Under the pieces are notes generated by a model. It was not told the DNA's origin. It saw nothing but the letters and a program-made list of their open reading frames with translations, and did no database searches. Position numbers and translations under genes: made by a program. A stretch of DNA of 64,000 bases from Anaerolineae bacterium (lineage in GTDB: Bacteria; Chloroflexota; Anaerolineae; SpSt-600), in contig JANXAG010000002.1 in assembly GCA_025062375.1 (NCBI GenBank), forward strand, positions 2,101 to 66,100, given 5' to 3'. This document shows, piece after piece, positions 1 through 10,600 of the stretch. The first letter of the stretch is position 1. Each line of letters begins with the position of its first letter.

Positions 1-237
1 CTTTGCGATGTGGCTGAACAGCATAGTCCGGTAAAGAACAACAATGAACCGGGCTCGGAGTATCAAGTGCGCAGGAACCATGTGCGACGGAACAGGATGG
101 TGCGTGGAGCCAGACGGGTGGGATCGGCAGTGAATGTCAGCTGGCTATCGGCCCGGTATAGAAATTGTCCGGAGAAGGCGAGGGCTCTGAGGAATCGTTG
201 AGCCCTTATGAACCATCACGCTTAAGGAGGAAAAGAC

Positions 238-1722
238 ATGAAAGTTTACACCCTTTTCGTCAGCAAATTGGACTGGCATGCGGGATGGCCCCACATCGGC
301 TTTGACAACGAGCAGTTTAAGGCCTGGGTTCTGGAGAGGTTAACGAAAAAGTTCCCTGAAATCACCTTTGCCGGCGGGGAGATCCTCACCGGATATGAAC
401 CATCTGAAGTGGAAAGGATTAAGCGGGAAATAGAAGGGACAGATGGTTCCCTCCTCTATATTATCGGACATTATGGCTATCCGGAGGTAGGGCCCCTGGA
501 AGGACTTCTTCAGTCTGGGCAGCCCACCATCCTCGCGAACCGAATCTACGGGGGGGATTACGTCTTCATTCAACTTTATGAACGCATAAGAGGGAAAGAG
601 CTGCGGGTGCTTCCGGTTTCCTCGCCGGATTTTGAGGATATAGAATGGGCGATAGGCATCTTGCGCGGGCTTCATCGCCTCAAAGGCAAGAAGATCCTTA
701 CCTATGCCCCTGACGAAATAACGATGAGTCCGGAGGGCCTTATAGAACTGGCAGGACCTGACCTGCTCTGCATGCCGGAGGAAGAAAGGGAAGCCATGAT
801 GGCCGTTATGGGCAATATCGTTTCCATTGGCCATTACCTCGATCTGACGGGAGCTGATCAGGCCCACCAGTGGCGCAGAGATGAGGAAAAATACCGGAGG
901 AACATGAAGGAGGTTTTCGGGCTAGAGCTGATTAGGAGAGACCCAAAGGAACTCGCTGAGCATTACAGAAAAGCCGACGAAAAGAAAGCTGAGGAGATCG
1001 CCGATAGATGGATAAAGGAAGCGAAACTGGTGGAATCTCCACGCCAGACAGTGGTGAATGCGGCCAGGCTTTACCTCGCAATAGAAAAGCTGATTGAGGA
1101 AACGGGGGCTGATTCTGTGACCATTGATTGCGGAACCCTGCTCATCATGGGCCTCCTGCCTGCTTTCCCCTGTTTGGGCTTCCGCCAGATGCTGAATAGT
1201 GGTTTCACTGCCACCTGCGAGGCGGATCTGGATTCCCATATCAGCGTTCTTTTGGGTTATTCCCTTACCGGCAGGCCTGGCTTCGTCTCCAATCACACCC
1301 TCGATTTGACCCACAACCAGGTCACCTACCTGCACTGTATGGCTTCCAGCAAACCCTACGGGCCTGAAGGCCCTTCTATGGAGTATGACATAGTCCGCCA
1401 CGGGGAGTCCCATTTTGTGGGAGCTGTCCCAAGGGTCAGGTTCCCTGTTGGAGAAGACCTCACCACGATTAAGCTCAGTTTGCTGGAAAAGAAGCTCGCT
1501 CTGCGCCACGGGAAAATCATCGGCCAGATTGTGGATGAAAAGGCATGCGTCAACAAAGTGCTTGTGGAGGATGATGCCGAAAAAATCCTGGAGAACTACG
1601 ACTGGATGACCTTTGGGTGGCACAGGGTCAGCTTCGTGGGGGATTGGCGGAGAGAATTCAAGGCGGCAGCCAGGCTGGCAGGGCTGAAATTGGTGGAGGA
1701 AGATAAGGCCACCGTGCCTTGA
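238..1722 (+). CDS. hypothetical protein, possibly L-fucose/L-arabinose isomerase-like fold
   Basis: 494-aa ORF preceded by AAGGAGG. C-terminal region VTIDCGTLL...GFTATCEADLDSH resembles the metal-binding region of FucI/AraA-type sugar isomerases. The family assignment rests on motif memory only. Confidence 0.5.
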   Translation: MKVYTLFVSKLDWHAGWPHIGFDNEQFKAWVLERLTKKFPEITFAGGEILTGYEPSEVERIKREIEGTDGSLLYIIGHYGYPEVGPLEGLLQSGQPTILANRIYGGDYVFIQLYERIRGKELRVLPVSSPDFEDIEWAIGILRGLHRLKGKKILTYAPDEITMSPEGLIELAGPDLLCMPEEEREAMMAVMGNIVSIGHYLDLTGADQAHQWRRDEEKYRRNMKEVFGLELIRRDPKELAEHYRKADEKKAEEIADRWIKEAKLVESPRQTVVNAARLYLAIEKLIEETGADSVTIDCGTLLIMGLLPAFPCLGFRQMLNSGFTATCEADLDSHISVLLGYSLTGRPGFVSNHTLDLTHNQVTYLHCMASSKPYGPEGPSMEYDIVRHGESHFVGAVPRVRFPVGEDLTTIKLSLLEKKLALRHGKIIGQIVDEKACVNKVLVEDDAEKILENYDWMTFGWHRVSFVGDWRREFKAAARLAGLKLVEEDKATVP

Positions 1723-1782
1723 ATCCCGCAGTTCTTGGAAGGCGAGCAAAAGTAAACAGCATTTTCAACGGGGGGAAATGAG

Positions 1783-3018
1783 ATGTACCGCGATGATATA
1801 TTGCGAGAGCTGGTCGAAGAGGAAGACCTGATCTTCCGCGAGGCGATCCGCGCCTATGTGGAGGCCGAGATCATGCCTGTGCGTCATCTCATAGATGACG
1901 ATGAGGAACATGTACTGGTGCGCCGCATCCTGCAAGGGCTTACTGACATAGGGTTCCAGGCTTCCATCTGGCCGGAGAAGTATGGAGGAGCTGGTCTTAC
2001 CAGGATGGTGCCTTTCTGCCTCTGTCTGGAAGAGCTAGCTCGTGGCGATGGGGGCATTGCAGTAGCCGCGGCCTGCAGCCTGTGGCCCTTCATGCCTGCC
2101 ATCTGGGCGCAAAACCAGGTTGTCCTTGATCGCTTCGGGCCGGAGTTTTGCGGCAAAGAATTAAAGTTGGGATGCTTTGCTATGACCGAGCCAGGCGGCG
2201 CTTCTGGTGGAGGCGGTTGCGACATTGAGAATCCTGCTCTGGAGGGCCGAATGATTCGCACCAGGGCCCGTCTGGAGGGCGGGGAATGGGTGATCAATGG
2301 CCAGAAGATGTGGGCCTCCAACAGTGGTGTGGCCGATGCCTATCTTATAGTCTGCTCCACTGATCCGGAACTGGGCGAGGAAGGGATTGCCCTCATCTAT
2401 GTGCCGGGCAATGCTGAAGGCCTTTCTTTTGGCCCTTTTGAGCGCAAAGCCGGAATGCAGGCCGATCGTAACTGCGCCATATACCTGGATAATGTGCGGG
2501 TGCCCGAAGGGTTCCGTGCCGCGGGGCCAGGGGAGGACGCCCGCCTCTTTCGCCGTAATCTGGTCGTTGGCCGCCTGGGGAGCGCTGCCATGTCGGTGGG
2601 TAATGCTCAGGGCATCTTTGAGACGGTCCTCAAATTCACGGGTGAGCGCGTGGTGGCTGGCCGACCAATTCGGGAACACTCCGTAGCCGCCTGCATTCTT
2701 GCTGATATAGCAATAGGCATTGAGACAGCCCGGGCCTTTACCCTGCAAGCAGCCTACAAGTACGACCATCCGGAAATTTATGGGCCTCCAGATTCGGATC
2801 TAAACCTCTCGCGAGCCAGCATTGCCAAGGTCTATGCCTCGGAAGTGGCAGTGATGGCAGCCAACAGGGCCATGGAGCTGATGGGTTCCTACGGCTACGC
2901 CCACGATTATCACCTGGAGAAATATTGGCGAGATGGCAAGATCATGCAGCTCTGGTTGGGAGGAGCACAGTTAGGTCGCCTGGATGCCATCAGAGGTTAT
3001 TATCCACACAGGCTTTAA
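1783..3018 (+). CDS. acyl-CoA dehydrogenase family protein
   Basis: 411 aa with GCFAMTEPGGASG and GQKMWASNSG motifs plus the C-terminal helical domain typical of ACAD enzymes. GGGGGGAAATGAG ribosome-binding site. Confidence 0.85.
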   Translation: MYRDDILRELVEEEDLIFREAIRAYVEAEIMPVRHLIDDDEEHVLVRRILQGLTDIGFQASIWPEKYGGAGLTRMVPFCLCLEELARGDGGIAVAAACSLWPFMPAIWAQNQVVLDRFGPEFCGKELKLGCFAMTEPGGASGGGGCDIENPALEGRMIRTRARLEGGEWVINGQKMWASNSGVADAYLIVCSTDPELGEEGIALIYVPGNAEGLSFGPFERKAGMQADRNCAIYLDNVRVPEGFRAAGPGEDARLFRRNLVVGRLGSAAMSVGNAQGIFETVLKFTGERVVAGRPIREHSVAACILADIAIGIETARAFTLQAAYKYDHPEIYGPPDSDLNLSRASIAKVYASEVAVMAANRAMELMGSYGYAHDYHLEKYWRDGKIMQLWLGGAQLGRLDAIRGYYPHRL

Positions 3019-3108
3019 GGCGATAGCCCGCCCTCAGCGGGAGTGAGCTCAGAGCAGCACACCGGCCAATTACCCGATCAATAAATCAAAAACCATGGGG
3101 AGGAAACC

Positions 3109-4005
3109 ATGACGCAACTTGATTTTATCCTCTGGTTGCAGTCCCTTCGTTCCCCTTTGCTTGACACTTTCTTTGCTATAATCAACAGCACCGCTAAAGA
3201 CGACTTCATCATCCTGGTGGCAGTCATCCTTTACTGGTGCATAAGCCCAGCCGTAGGCCTGAGGTTTCTCCTGCTTCTCCTCTTTTCCGGCTATTTGCAC
3301 ACTGCTCTCAAAGACCTTTTCCGCATCCCGCGTCCTCCTGTAGAACAACTTCTTTTCCTGGCTGAGAAGCGCGATGGAAGTTACGCTTTTCCCAGCGGTG
3401 ATGCCATGAATGCCAGCGTTCTGTGGTCCTACCTTGCTGGCTATTACCGGCGATGGCCCCTGATTGTGGCCGCAGTAATCCTGATCCCTCTCGTTGGCCT
3501 GGCGCGCATCTATCGGGGAGCACACTGGCCAACTGATGTCCTGGGTGGGATAGCCATAGGTATCGTCCTGGTCTGGCTGGGCTTGGTCCTCTATCGGCTC
3601 TGGGATGAGCGAGGTCTTACCATACCATTCCCCTGGGAGCTGGCCCTGAGCCTATCTGTTCCTCTTCTCCTCTTCGCCATCTACCCCAAGGGGCCAGCGA
3701 CCCCTCCGCCCTCAATCGCCACTACGGCCATGGTGACGGGCACCGCTTTGGGGGTAGCTTTGGGGTACAGCCTGGAACGACGGTACGTGCGCTTCCCTGT
3801 GCGGGTGGCTCTCTGGAAGCAGGTGGTCAAAGTAGTGGTTGGGCTGGCGACAATCTTCCTGCTGCGGATGCTCCTGGGCCAGCTGTTCCCGGCCGGAGCC
3901 TGGTTCCGCTTTGTCCGCTTTGCCCTGCTCGGGCTGTGGGGCACATTGGGTATGCCTGTGATCTTCCGGGCACTCTTTGGTTCCGATAGGAGATGTTCAC
4001 CATGA
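3109..4005 (+). CDS. PAP2-family membrane phosphatase
   Basis: Multi-pass membrane protein carrying the three PAP2 motifs: RIPRPP, PSGDAM and YRGAHWPTDV. The stop overlaps the next start as ATGA. Confidence 0.8.
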   Translation: MTQLDFILWLQSLRSPLLDTFFAIINSTAKDDFIILVAVILYWCISPAVGLRFLLLLLFSGYLHTALKDLFRIPRPPVEQLLFLAEKRDGSYAFPSGDAMNASVLWSYLAGYYRRWPLIVAAVILIPLVGLARIYRGAHWPTDVLGGIAIGIVLVWLGLVLYRLWDERGLTIPFPWELALSLSVPLLLFAIYPKGPATPPPSIATTAMVTGTALGVALGYSLERRYVRFPVRVALWKQVVKVVVGLATIFLLRMLLGQLFPAGAWFRFVRFALLGLWGTLGMPVIFRALFGSDRRCSP

Positions 4006-5387
4006 AAGGTAAATACGCAAAAATCGCCTACGGTATAGGCAATATGGGAACAGCCCTTTTCTTTCACACCATAGGGGCTTACATCATTTTCTTTTACACC
4101 GACGTGGTACGCCTTGATCCCAAGCTGGTAGGGCTGGCCTTCGCTATTTCCTACGGTGTGTGGAACGCCATCAATGACCCTCTCGTCGGCTATATCTCAG
4201 ACCGAACTCGCACAAGGTGGGGACGCAGGATCCCCTACATCCTCTTTGGCGCCCCTCTCCTCCTATTCATCTTCATCCTGGTGTGGTCGCCACCTCTGGG
4301 AGGCAAACCTCTGGCAACGCCTTTCCACTTCGGCACCTTCCTTTATTTCGCCATCCTCATTGCCCTCTTTGATCTCCTTTACACCGCTGTAAGTGTCCCT
4401 TACATCTCCCTTTTCCCGGAAATGTATGAAACTCTTCCAGACAGGACAGAGGTCTCCATCTACCGGCAGGTGGCAGCGATGATAGGCTCTGTGCTTGCTT
4501 TCGCCTCGATGCCACTGATTGCCGATGCCCTTTCCGGGACGTTTGGCCGGCTTGGGGGGTGGGCATGGGCAGGAGCCATCCTGGGGCTTATCGGCAGCGG
4601 TGCTTTTCTGGTCTCCCTGCTGGGTAGCAGAGAGCGAAAGGAGTTCAGCCTCGAGGGGACGATGCCACTGACCCAAGCTTTCAAAGCCACTTTAACCAAT
4701 CAAACCTTTTTGGCCTTCGTGGGAGCTAACCTGATGATCTGCTACATATGGAGCTGGCTTTCGGCCATGGTGCCCTTCTTCACCAAATACGTCATCGGCG
4801 CTGAGGAGGGGGAAACGGGTTTCCTTTTTCTGGCGATGTTTGTCACCTCGATGGCCTTTTACCCCCTCTGGAGGAAAGTTGCCCTCCGCCTGGGCTCCAG
4901 GGACACCCTTGCCGTTGCCGTGCCGCTCTTCGTAGCCCTCCTGCTTCTGGTATTTGTCGTCCGCAACCTGCTCCAGGCCCTGGCCATGATGTTCCTGCTG
5001 GGAGCTGCCAACTCAGGCATCACCCTGGTCAGAGATATCCTCCTTAGTGATGTTATAGACGAGGACGAACTGCGTACCGGCCGGCGGCGAGAGGGTATAT
5101 ACTTTGGGGTCAATGCCTTTATCGAGCGCTTCGCTATGGTCCTGGTGGGCGGATCGAGCAGCCTGGTGCTGGGGCTGAGCGGTTACAACGCTGCTCTGGC
5201 AACTCAACCTCCTTCCGTTGCCGTAGGAATCCGCATGGGTATGAGCTTGCTGCCGCTCGTGGCTCTGGTGATCTTTTTGACGGCACTTAAATTTTACCCG
5301 TTGGGGAAAGAGCAGGTTATTGCCCTCAGAGAAAGACTGAACACCCTGCACCAGCAGAAAGCAGAACAATATCTGCGAAAGAGGTGA
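4002..5387 (+). CDS. MFS transporter, glycoside-pentoside-hexuronide (GPH) cation symporter family
   Basis: 12-TM protein with the GPH signature YISDRTRTRWGRRIPYILFG. The ATG at 4002 has AGGAG 10 nt upstream and overlaps the PAP2 stop as ATGA. The alternative ATG at 3993 has no usable spacing. Confidence 0.8.
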   Translation: MKGKYAKIAYGIGNMGTALFFHTIGAYIIFFYTDVVRLDPKLVGLAFAISYGVWNAINDPLVGYISDRTRTRWGRRIPYILFGAPLLLFIFILVWSPPLGGKPLATPFHFGTFLYFAILIALFDLLYTAVSVPYISLFPEMYETLPDRTEVSIYRQVAAMIGSVLAFASMPLIADALSGTFGRLGGWAWAGAILGLIGSGAFLVSLLGSRERKEFSLEGTMPLTQAFKATLTNQTFLAFVGANLMICYIWSWLSAMVPFFTKYVIGAEEGETGFLFLAMFVTSMAFYPLWRKVALRLGSRDTLAVAVPLFVALLLLVFVVRNLLQALAMMFLLGAANSGITLVRDILLSDVIDEDELRTGRRREGIYFGVNAFIERFAMVLVGGSSSLVLGLSGYNAALATQPPSVAVGIRMGMSLLPLVALVIFLTALKFYPLGKEQVIALRERLNTLHQQKAEQYLRKR

Positions 5388-5396
5388 GGGCAGGAG

Positions 5397-5426
5397 CTCT
5401 CCACTTGTCTTTGGAGAGGATTTTGG
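5397..5426 (+). terminator. intrinsic terminator after the MFS gene
   Basis: CTCTCCA / TGGAGAG stem with a cttgtctt loop, followed by GATTTTGG. Confidence 0.5.
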
Positions 5427-5553
5427 ATATACTCCATTTATAGTATGGAGGGTTTGAGGGTCTCGCTTAAAGAGCGATTATTAAAGATTGGCCTGGACGG
5501 GGCCTGGGATCACTGTTTTCCCAGGCCCTTGTTTTATGTGGAGGGAAGTTGAA

Positions 5554-6621
5554 ATGCCTTTAGTGGAAATACCCGGAATGATCGATGCTCACGTTCACCT
5601 GCGAGAACCAGGAGCTTCGCACAAAGAAACCTTTCTCACAGGCACAGCTGCAGCTCTTGCCGGAGGGGTAGTGGCTCTCTTGGATATGCCTAACAATATC
5701 CCGCCCATAACAGATGCGCAAACTCTGGAAATTAAAAAACGCATCGCTGCCAGCAGTGCCCTCTGCGATTACGGCTTTTACCTGGGAGCTACCCTCCATA
5801 ACTCCTCCACTGCTGCCGAACTCGCTTCTGAAGTTGCCGGCCTCAAGATATACCTTGGAGAAACCTATGGTTCTTTATACCTTCAGGACCTGAGCACCCT
5901 GATAGCTCATTTCCAATCGTGGCCCTCCAGTAAACCCATCGCTGTCCATGCGGAAGGAATGCTTGTAGCTGCAGTCCTGGCCCTCGCCGCTTTATACAAC
6001 CGGCGCGTACACATCTGCCATGTAAGCAGAGCTGAAGAGATAACCCTCATTAAGGCGGCCAAAGAGCGCGGTCTCCCCGTCACCTGTGAAGTTACACCTC
6101 ACCACCTCTTCCTCTCCGAAGAGGAAGCCGCAACACTTGGCCCCTTTGGGTACATGAAACCCACCTTGGGCTCTCCGAAAGACCGCGAGGCTCTGTGGAA
6201 AAATCTTGGCATAATTGACATTATAGCTTCCGATCACGCCCCTCATACTCTGGAGGAAAAGCGAGGTCCTGAACCTCCTCCCGGTGTCCCCGGCCTTGAG
6301 ACAACTATTCCCCTGCTTTTTACGGCGATGCTGGAAGGGAGAATTGCTCGGGAGCGGTTGTCTGAACTTATCTTTGAAAATCCGGCGCGCATCTTCGGGA
6401 TAAAGCCTCCGGAAGCACGCGTGGAAATTGAACTGGGCCCTCGTCGCATCATATCCTCCGCTGAGCTCAAAACCCGTTGCGGATGGACCCCTTTTGAAGG
6501 TATGGAAGTTCGGGCTACCGTAAGGCGAGTTTTCATCCGGGGACAAAAAGCATATGAAGATGGAAAGATTCTCGTCCACCCCGGATTTGGCAGGCCCCTC
6601 TTCTACGGGCCATATAGATAA
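5554..6621 (+). CDS. pyrC: dihydroorotase
   Basis: DAHVHLREPG metal-binding motif, a later DHAPH, and the amidohydrolase fold. The ATG at 5554 follows GGAGGG with a 7-nt spacer. The longer 5488 ORF start looks like a spurious extension. Confidence 0.8.
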   Translation: MPLVEIPGMIDAHVHLREPGASHKETFLTGTAAALAGGVVALLDMPNNIPPITDAQTLEIKKRIAASSALCDYGFYLGATLHNSSTAAELASEVAGLKIYLGETYGSLYLQDLSTLIAHFQSWPSSKPIAVHAEGMLVAAVLALAALYNRRVHICHVSRAEEITLIKAAKERGLPVTCEVTPHHLFLSEEEAATLGPFGYMKPTLGSPKDREALWKNLGIIDIIASDHAPHTLEEKRGPEPPPGVPGLETTIPLLFTAMLEGRIARERLSELIFENPARIFGIKPPEARVEIELGPRRIISSAELKTRCGWTPFEGMEVRATVRRVFIRGQKAYEDGKILVHPGFGRPLFYGPYR

Positions 6622-6647
6622 AATCTTTAAGAAGGAGGTGATAAAAG

Positions 6648-7604
6648 ATGAGAGCCGTTCCGGCCGACAGAAAAGACAATGGCCTTTACGGCCAGCATAT
6701 CATCTCGGTCAAACAGTTTGATCGCCCGAAACTTGAGTTCATCTTCGGAGTAGCCAAAGAAATGCGTACCTTGGTAGAACGATTTGGTTCAGCTGACCTG
6801 CTTCAAGGCAAAGTTCTGGTAAACCTCTTCTACGAACCCAGCACCCGCACCAGCTCCTCTTTTGCCGCAGCGATGCTCAGGCTCGGGGGCAAAGTTATCT
6901 CCATTAATGAAGTTCGCTATTCTTCTGTAATCAAAGGCGAATCCCTCCCCGATACCATCCGCACCCTGGAGTGTTACGCCGATGTAATCGTCTTAAGACA
7001 TCCTGAAGTGGGAGCTGCTGCTTTGGCGGCCAGATATGCCTCCAAGCCCATTATCAACGCAGGAGATGGCATCGGGGAGCACCCAACTCAGGCTCTACTG
7101 GATCTTTTCACCATCCAGGAAGAACTTGGCCAGGTTGATGGCCTGCGAGTGGCTATGGTGGGAGACCTCAAATACGGGCGTACTGTTCACTCTCTGACAC
7201 GTCTTCTGTGTCTTTACAACGTGGAATTTGATTTTGTTTCTCCCGCAGCCCTGCGCATGCCCGAAGAAATACTCCAGGAAGTGCGCGAGGGCGGCTTACC
7301 CTATCGGGAAACCGAGGACATAAATGAGGTCATATCCAGAGCCGACGTCCTTTACGTAACCAGAGTTCAACGCGAGCGTTTTGAAAACCAGGAAGAATAT
7401 GAGCGCCTCAAGGACTTCTACATCATCACCCCCAAGTTGATGGAAAAGGCCAAGGAAAGAATGATCCTCATGCATCCTTTCCCCAGGGTATATGAGATAA
7501 GTTACGAGGTGGATTCGGACCCGCGAGCTGCTTACTTTCGCCAGATCCAGAACGGCCTTTACATCCGGATGGCCTTGCTGGCCGCAGTTCTGGGCAAAGC
7601 GTAG
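6648..7604 (+). CDS. pyrB: aspartate carbamoyltransferase catalytic subunit
   Basis: STRTSSSF carbamoyl-phosphate motif, HPTQALLD, and overall ATCase/OTCase fold. AAGGAGG ribosome-binding site. Confidence 0.9.
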   Translation: MRAVPADRKDNGLYGQHIISVKQFDRPKLEFIFGVAKEMRTLVERFGSADLLQGKVLVNLFYEPSTRTSSSFAAAMLRLGGKVISINEVRYSSVIKGESLPDTIRTLECYADVIVLRHPEVGAAALAARYASKPIINAGDGIGEHPTQALLDLFTIQEELGQVDGLRVAMVGDLKYGRTVHSLTRLLCLYNVEFDFVSPAALRMPEEILQEVREGGLPYRETEDINEVISRADVLYVTRVQRERFENQEEYERLKDFYIITPKLMEKAKERMILMHPFPRVYEISYEVDSDPRAAYFRQIQNGLYIRMALLAAVLGKA

Positions 7605-7622
7605 CAACTTATAAGGGGGCTA

Positions 7623-10600
7623 TCATTGAGTTTTGGGAAGGGTAAAGGAAAAAGTGGACCCATGCCCGGGGGAACTTTCCACCCAGATTCTACCCCCGTG
7701 CGCTTCTACCATTAACTTACAAAAATAGAGGCCAAGGCCGAGACCGCTTGTTTTAGCTGTCTCCCTGGTTTCAATCCGATAGAATTTCTCAAAAATTTTC
7801 TTCTGCAAGGGAATCGGTATCCCTTCTCCTTCATCCTTAACGGAAACCTTCACCTCATCCCCTTCGGCTTCAACCTTAACCGTTATCAAGGAGCCCGGGG
7901 GTGAGTATTTCAAAGCATTATCCAAAAGGTTACTCAAGATAGCCTCTACCATTTTCTCATCAGCAAGGGCCAACAGCGACTCCGCTGGTTCCTTAAGGGA
8001 AAAGCGGTGAGTGCCACCCTCCGCAAATCTTTTCACCACTTCTTTAGCCAGTTTTGTCACATCCAGCTTGATGAAATTTAGGCGGATTTTTCCCCGCTCA
8101 AGATTAATTATTTCCTGAAGTTTACGCACTGCTTCCGTCATTTTGTCACTTAGCTTTACCAGTTCATCCAGCGTCTCCCTCCGCTTTCTTCCCTCCTTGT
8201 ACAGATAAAGGGCGTTCGAAAGTTTGGTTGCAAGTTTACCTATTTCATGGACAAGGAAAATAGTGACAACATCCTGGACCTTCTCCAGGTCTTTTTCCCG
8301 GGATAAATCCCAGAAAGCCACAACCGTTTTCTCTGGAGAGAGCAGTATAGCAATCTCCCTTACCGGTACGAGGTGACCATCCCTGGCTTTAAGGTGAGTG
8401 GTCCGCAGGGTCAAATTCCCCGTATGAGCCGCTTCCAGCGTGGGAGAGGTGAAACCCTCTGGATATAAAACCTGAAGATTGCGTCCCACCAGTTCCCTCT
8501 CGGTGAAACCGATAAGGCTGCGGGCTTTTTCATCAATAAATGAAATTTCACCCCCTTTCCCTGCCAGGTATAAGCCATCGGAGACCAGGCCCAGCAATTC
8601 AAGGAGCTTTTTTTCAGCCTTTTCCAGTTCCTTCTTAAGAGCGAGTCGAACTGCCAGGGAGCCCAGATGGCTAAGGAAAAGGGTTATATCGGGGATTTTA
8701 CCTTCCGGGAAGACAAAGATACCCCATGCCTTTCCATCGGCCTCCAGGGGGAGAACGTTAAAACCTTTTAGGTAGCCTTTCAAACTCTCCACAGCCTTGG
8801 ATTCAACAGGACTCTTAGGGGCAAAGAAGGTCAGGAGCTCAGCGAAATAGGGGCTGAATCCGGGGCTCATGGCCAGAGCGGGTTCATCCTCTGGAGCGGA
8901 AGAGAAGAAGAAAAGGCAACAAGGGATTCCTTCAAGTTTGTAGCAGTCAATCAGGACCTCAAGCGTTTTGGAAGCCAGTTCCCTGAAAGAGGAAACGCCT
9001 TCCAGTGCTCCTTTGAGACGATGAAGGGAACTTAGGTGCTGGCGTGTTCTTTCCAGCTCTTTCTGAAAGAGGATTTTTTCCCATATGGCAGCCACTTGGG
9101 CGGAGAAAGCTTTAAGCCAGTTCATCTCTGCTGATGAAAAAGCCTTTGGCTCTCGCTCCCACACCCCTATCCAGCCAATCTTTTCTCCCTTTAAGTGGAT
9201 AGAAGCGCCCATAAAGGCTTTCATCCCCCGTGCATCGCTGAATTCGCCCTCCCTTCCCAGTTCCTGGATTATGACCTCATCCTGTCGGGAACAAAGGTCA
9301 ATCTCCCATCTAGGTGGAGGAAGAATGCTTTCAGAGCCAGCGCAATAGCTGGTGAGGACTTTTCCTCCCTCCCAGATCCTTATGGCGCAAGCTTCCGCAT
9401 CCATAAAAGCGTTTATCACTTTAGCTATGTAAACCAGGAGCTCCTCGCCCCTCAAACCGGAAGCCAGCATCTTACCGATTAGATTATAAGCCTCAAGGAG
9501 AGCCTCTTTTTCCTTTACCATTGAATAATGGGCCTGAGTGTTGTGGATTATAGCGGCGAAGTAAGGAGCGAGGCTCTCCAGAAAACGCAGATCTTCCACC
9601 CCGAAGGCTTCAGGATAGAGGCTATCCATTTCCAGGGAACCTATGAGCTTGCCCTGATAGATAAGGGGGACTCCCATAAAGGAACGGAAAACCCCTACAT
9701 CGGGGATTTTGGGTTTCTCTTTTAATGCTTGCACATCCTTTATGAGGATTGGCCTACGGTCCCGCGCGATAAGCCCACTTAATCCTTCTCCCAAGTCATA
9801 CTTGTGGCCTTCCAGTATCCCTATGCCCGAAACCTTACGCGCTACCATTTTTCTCTCTCTTTCATCCCACAGGCAGACTTCTATAAGTCTAACCTGTGGG
9901 AAAAGTATCCTAAGGCCTTCCACGAGGCTTTCCAGAACTGAATCCAGGTAATAAGGATTGGACACCATCCGGGTGAGGATTTCCTGAGCAGAGGTCAGCT
10001 CTTTGAGCTGGCGACGCAGGGTTCTTCTGTATTCCTCTTTCTCGAGAAAGAGTCCCAGCTGGGTGGCCAGAATTTCCAGGTTTTTGAGCTCGATCCGGTA
10101 ATAAGGCTCGCCACTCCTTTTTTCCCCAAGTGCTATGAATCCTACTAGCTTCCCCCTGGTTCTCACGGGGACCAGGAACCGGAAGCCAAGGTTTATCCAC
10201 AGGCCTGAATCTACCGGGAGGGAAAGCGCGCTTTGACTGTTAGCGAGGGAACTAATGGCGAAATCGTTCAGGGGGATGGAATTTTCTAACCAGCTTTCCG
10301 GATCAACCTTGGCTATGACCTGACATTTGTTCAAAACTTCATTAATCAGGTAAAAGTAAACTTTTTTGCAATTCAACCACTTCTCCAACCCCTTGCACAC
10401 CTTCTCGGCCAGCTGGTAAAAGTCCAGCTCTTCGCGGAACAGCTCCTGCAGGGAATAAAAGCGGAGGAATTTCTCGGAGAGTCCCTTCCGCAGGAAGAAA
10501 ATTTCATAGCGGAAAATCAGCCAGAAAGCAAATAGAATTATGGAAATGAAGATAATGGAGAGAGGGAAGATGGACTTATTCCTTAAAGTTGCAATAGCGA

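Noticed and set aside
10-201. 63-aa ORF at the window start.
   Set aside because: It is Arg-rich and low-complexity, with no ribosome-binding site. It is probably non-coding.
340-1749. Antisense ORFs (340-867, 922-1749 and many similar ones opposite valS, mfd, lon and the kinases).
   Set aside because: They lie entirely inside well-supported genes on the other strand, with biased composition, and are a typical GC-rich antisense artefact.
5405-5425. TTTGGAGAGGATT initially resembled a PyrR binding loop (UCCAGAGAGGCU) ahead of pyrC.
   Set aside because: It is the 3' arm of the MFS gene terminator hairpin (CTCTCCA/TGGAGAG plus GATTTTGG) and mismatches the PyrR consensus.
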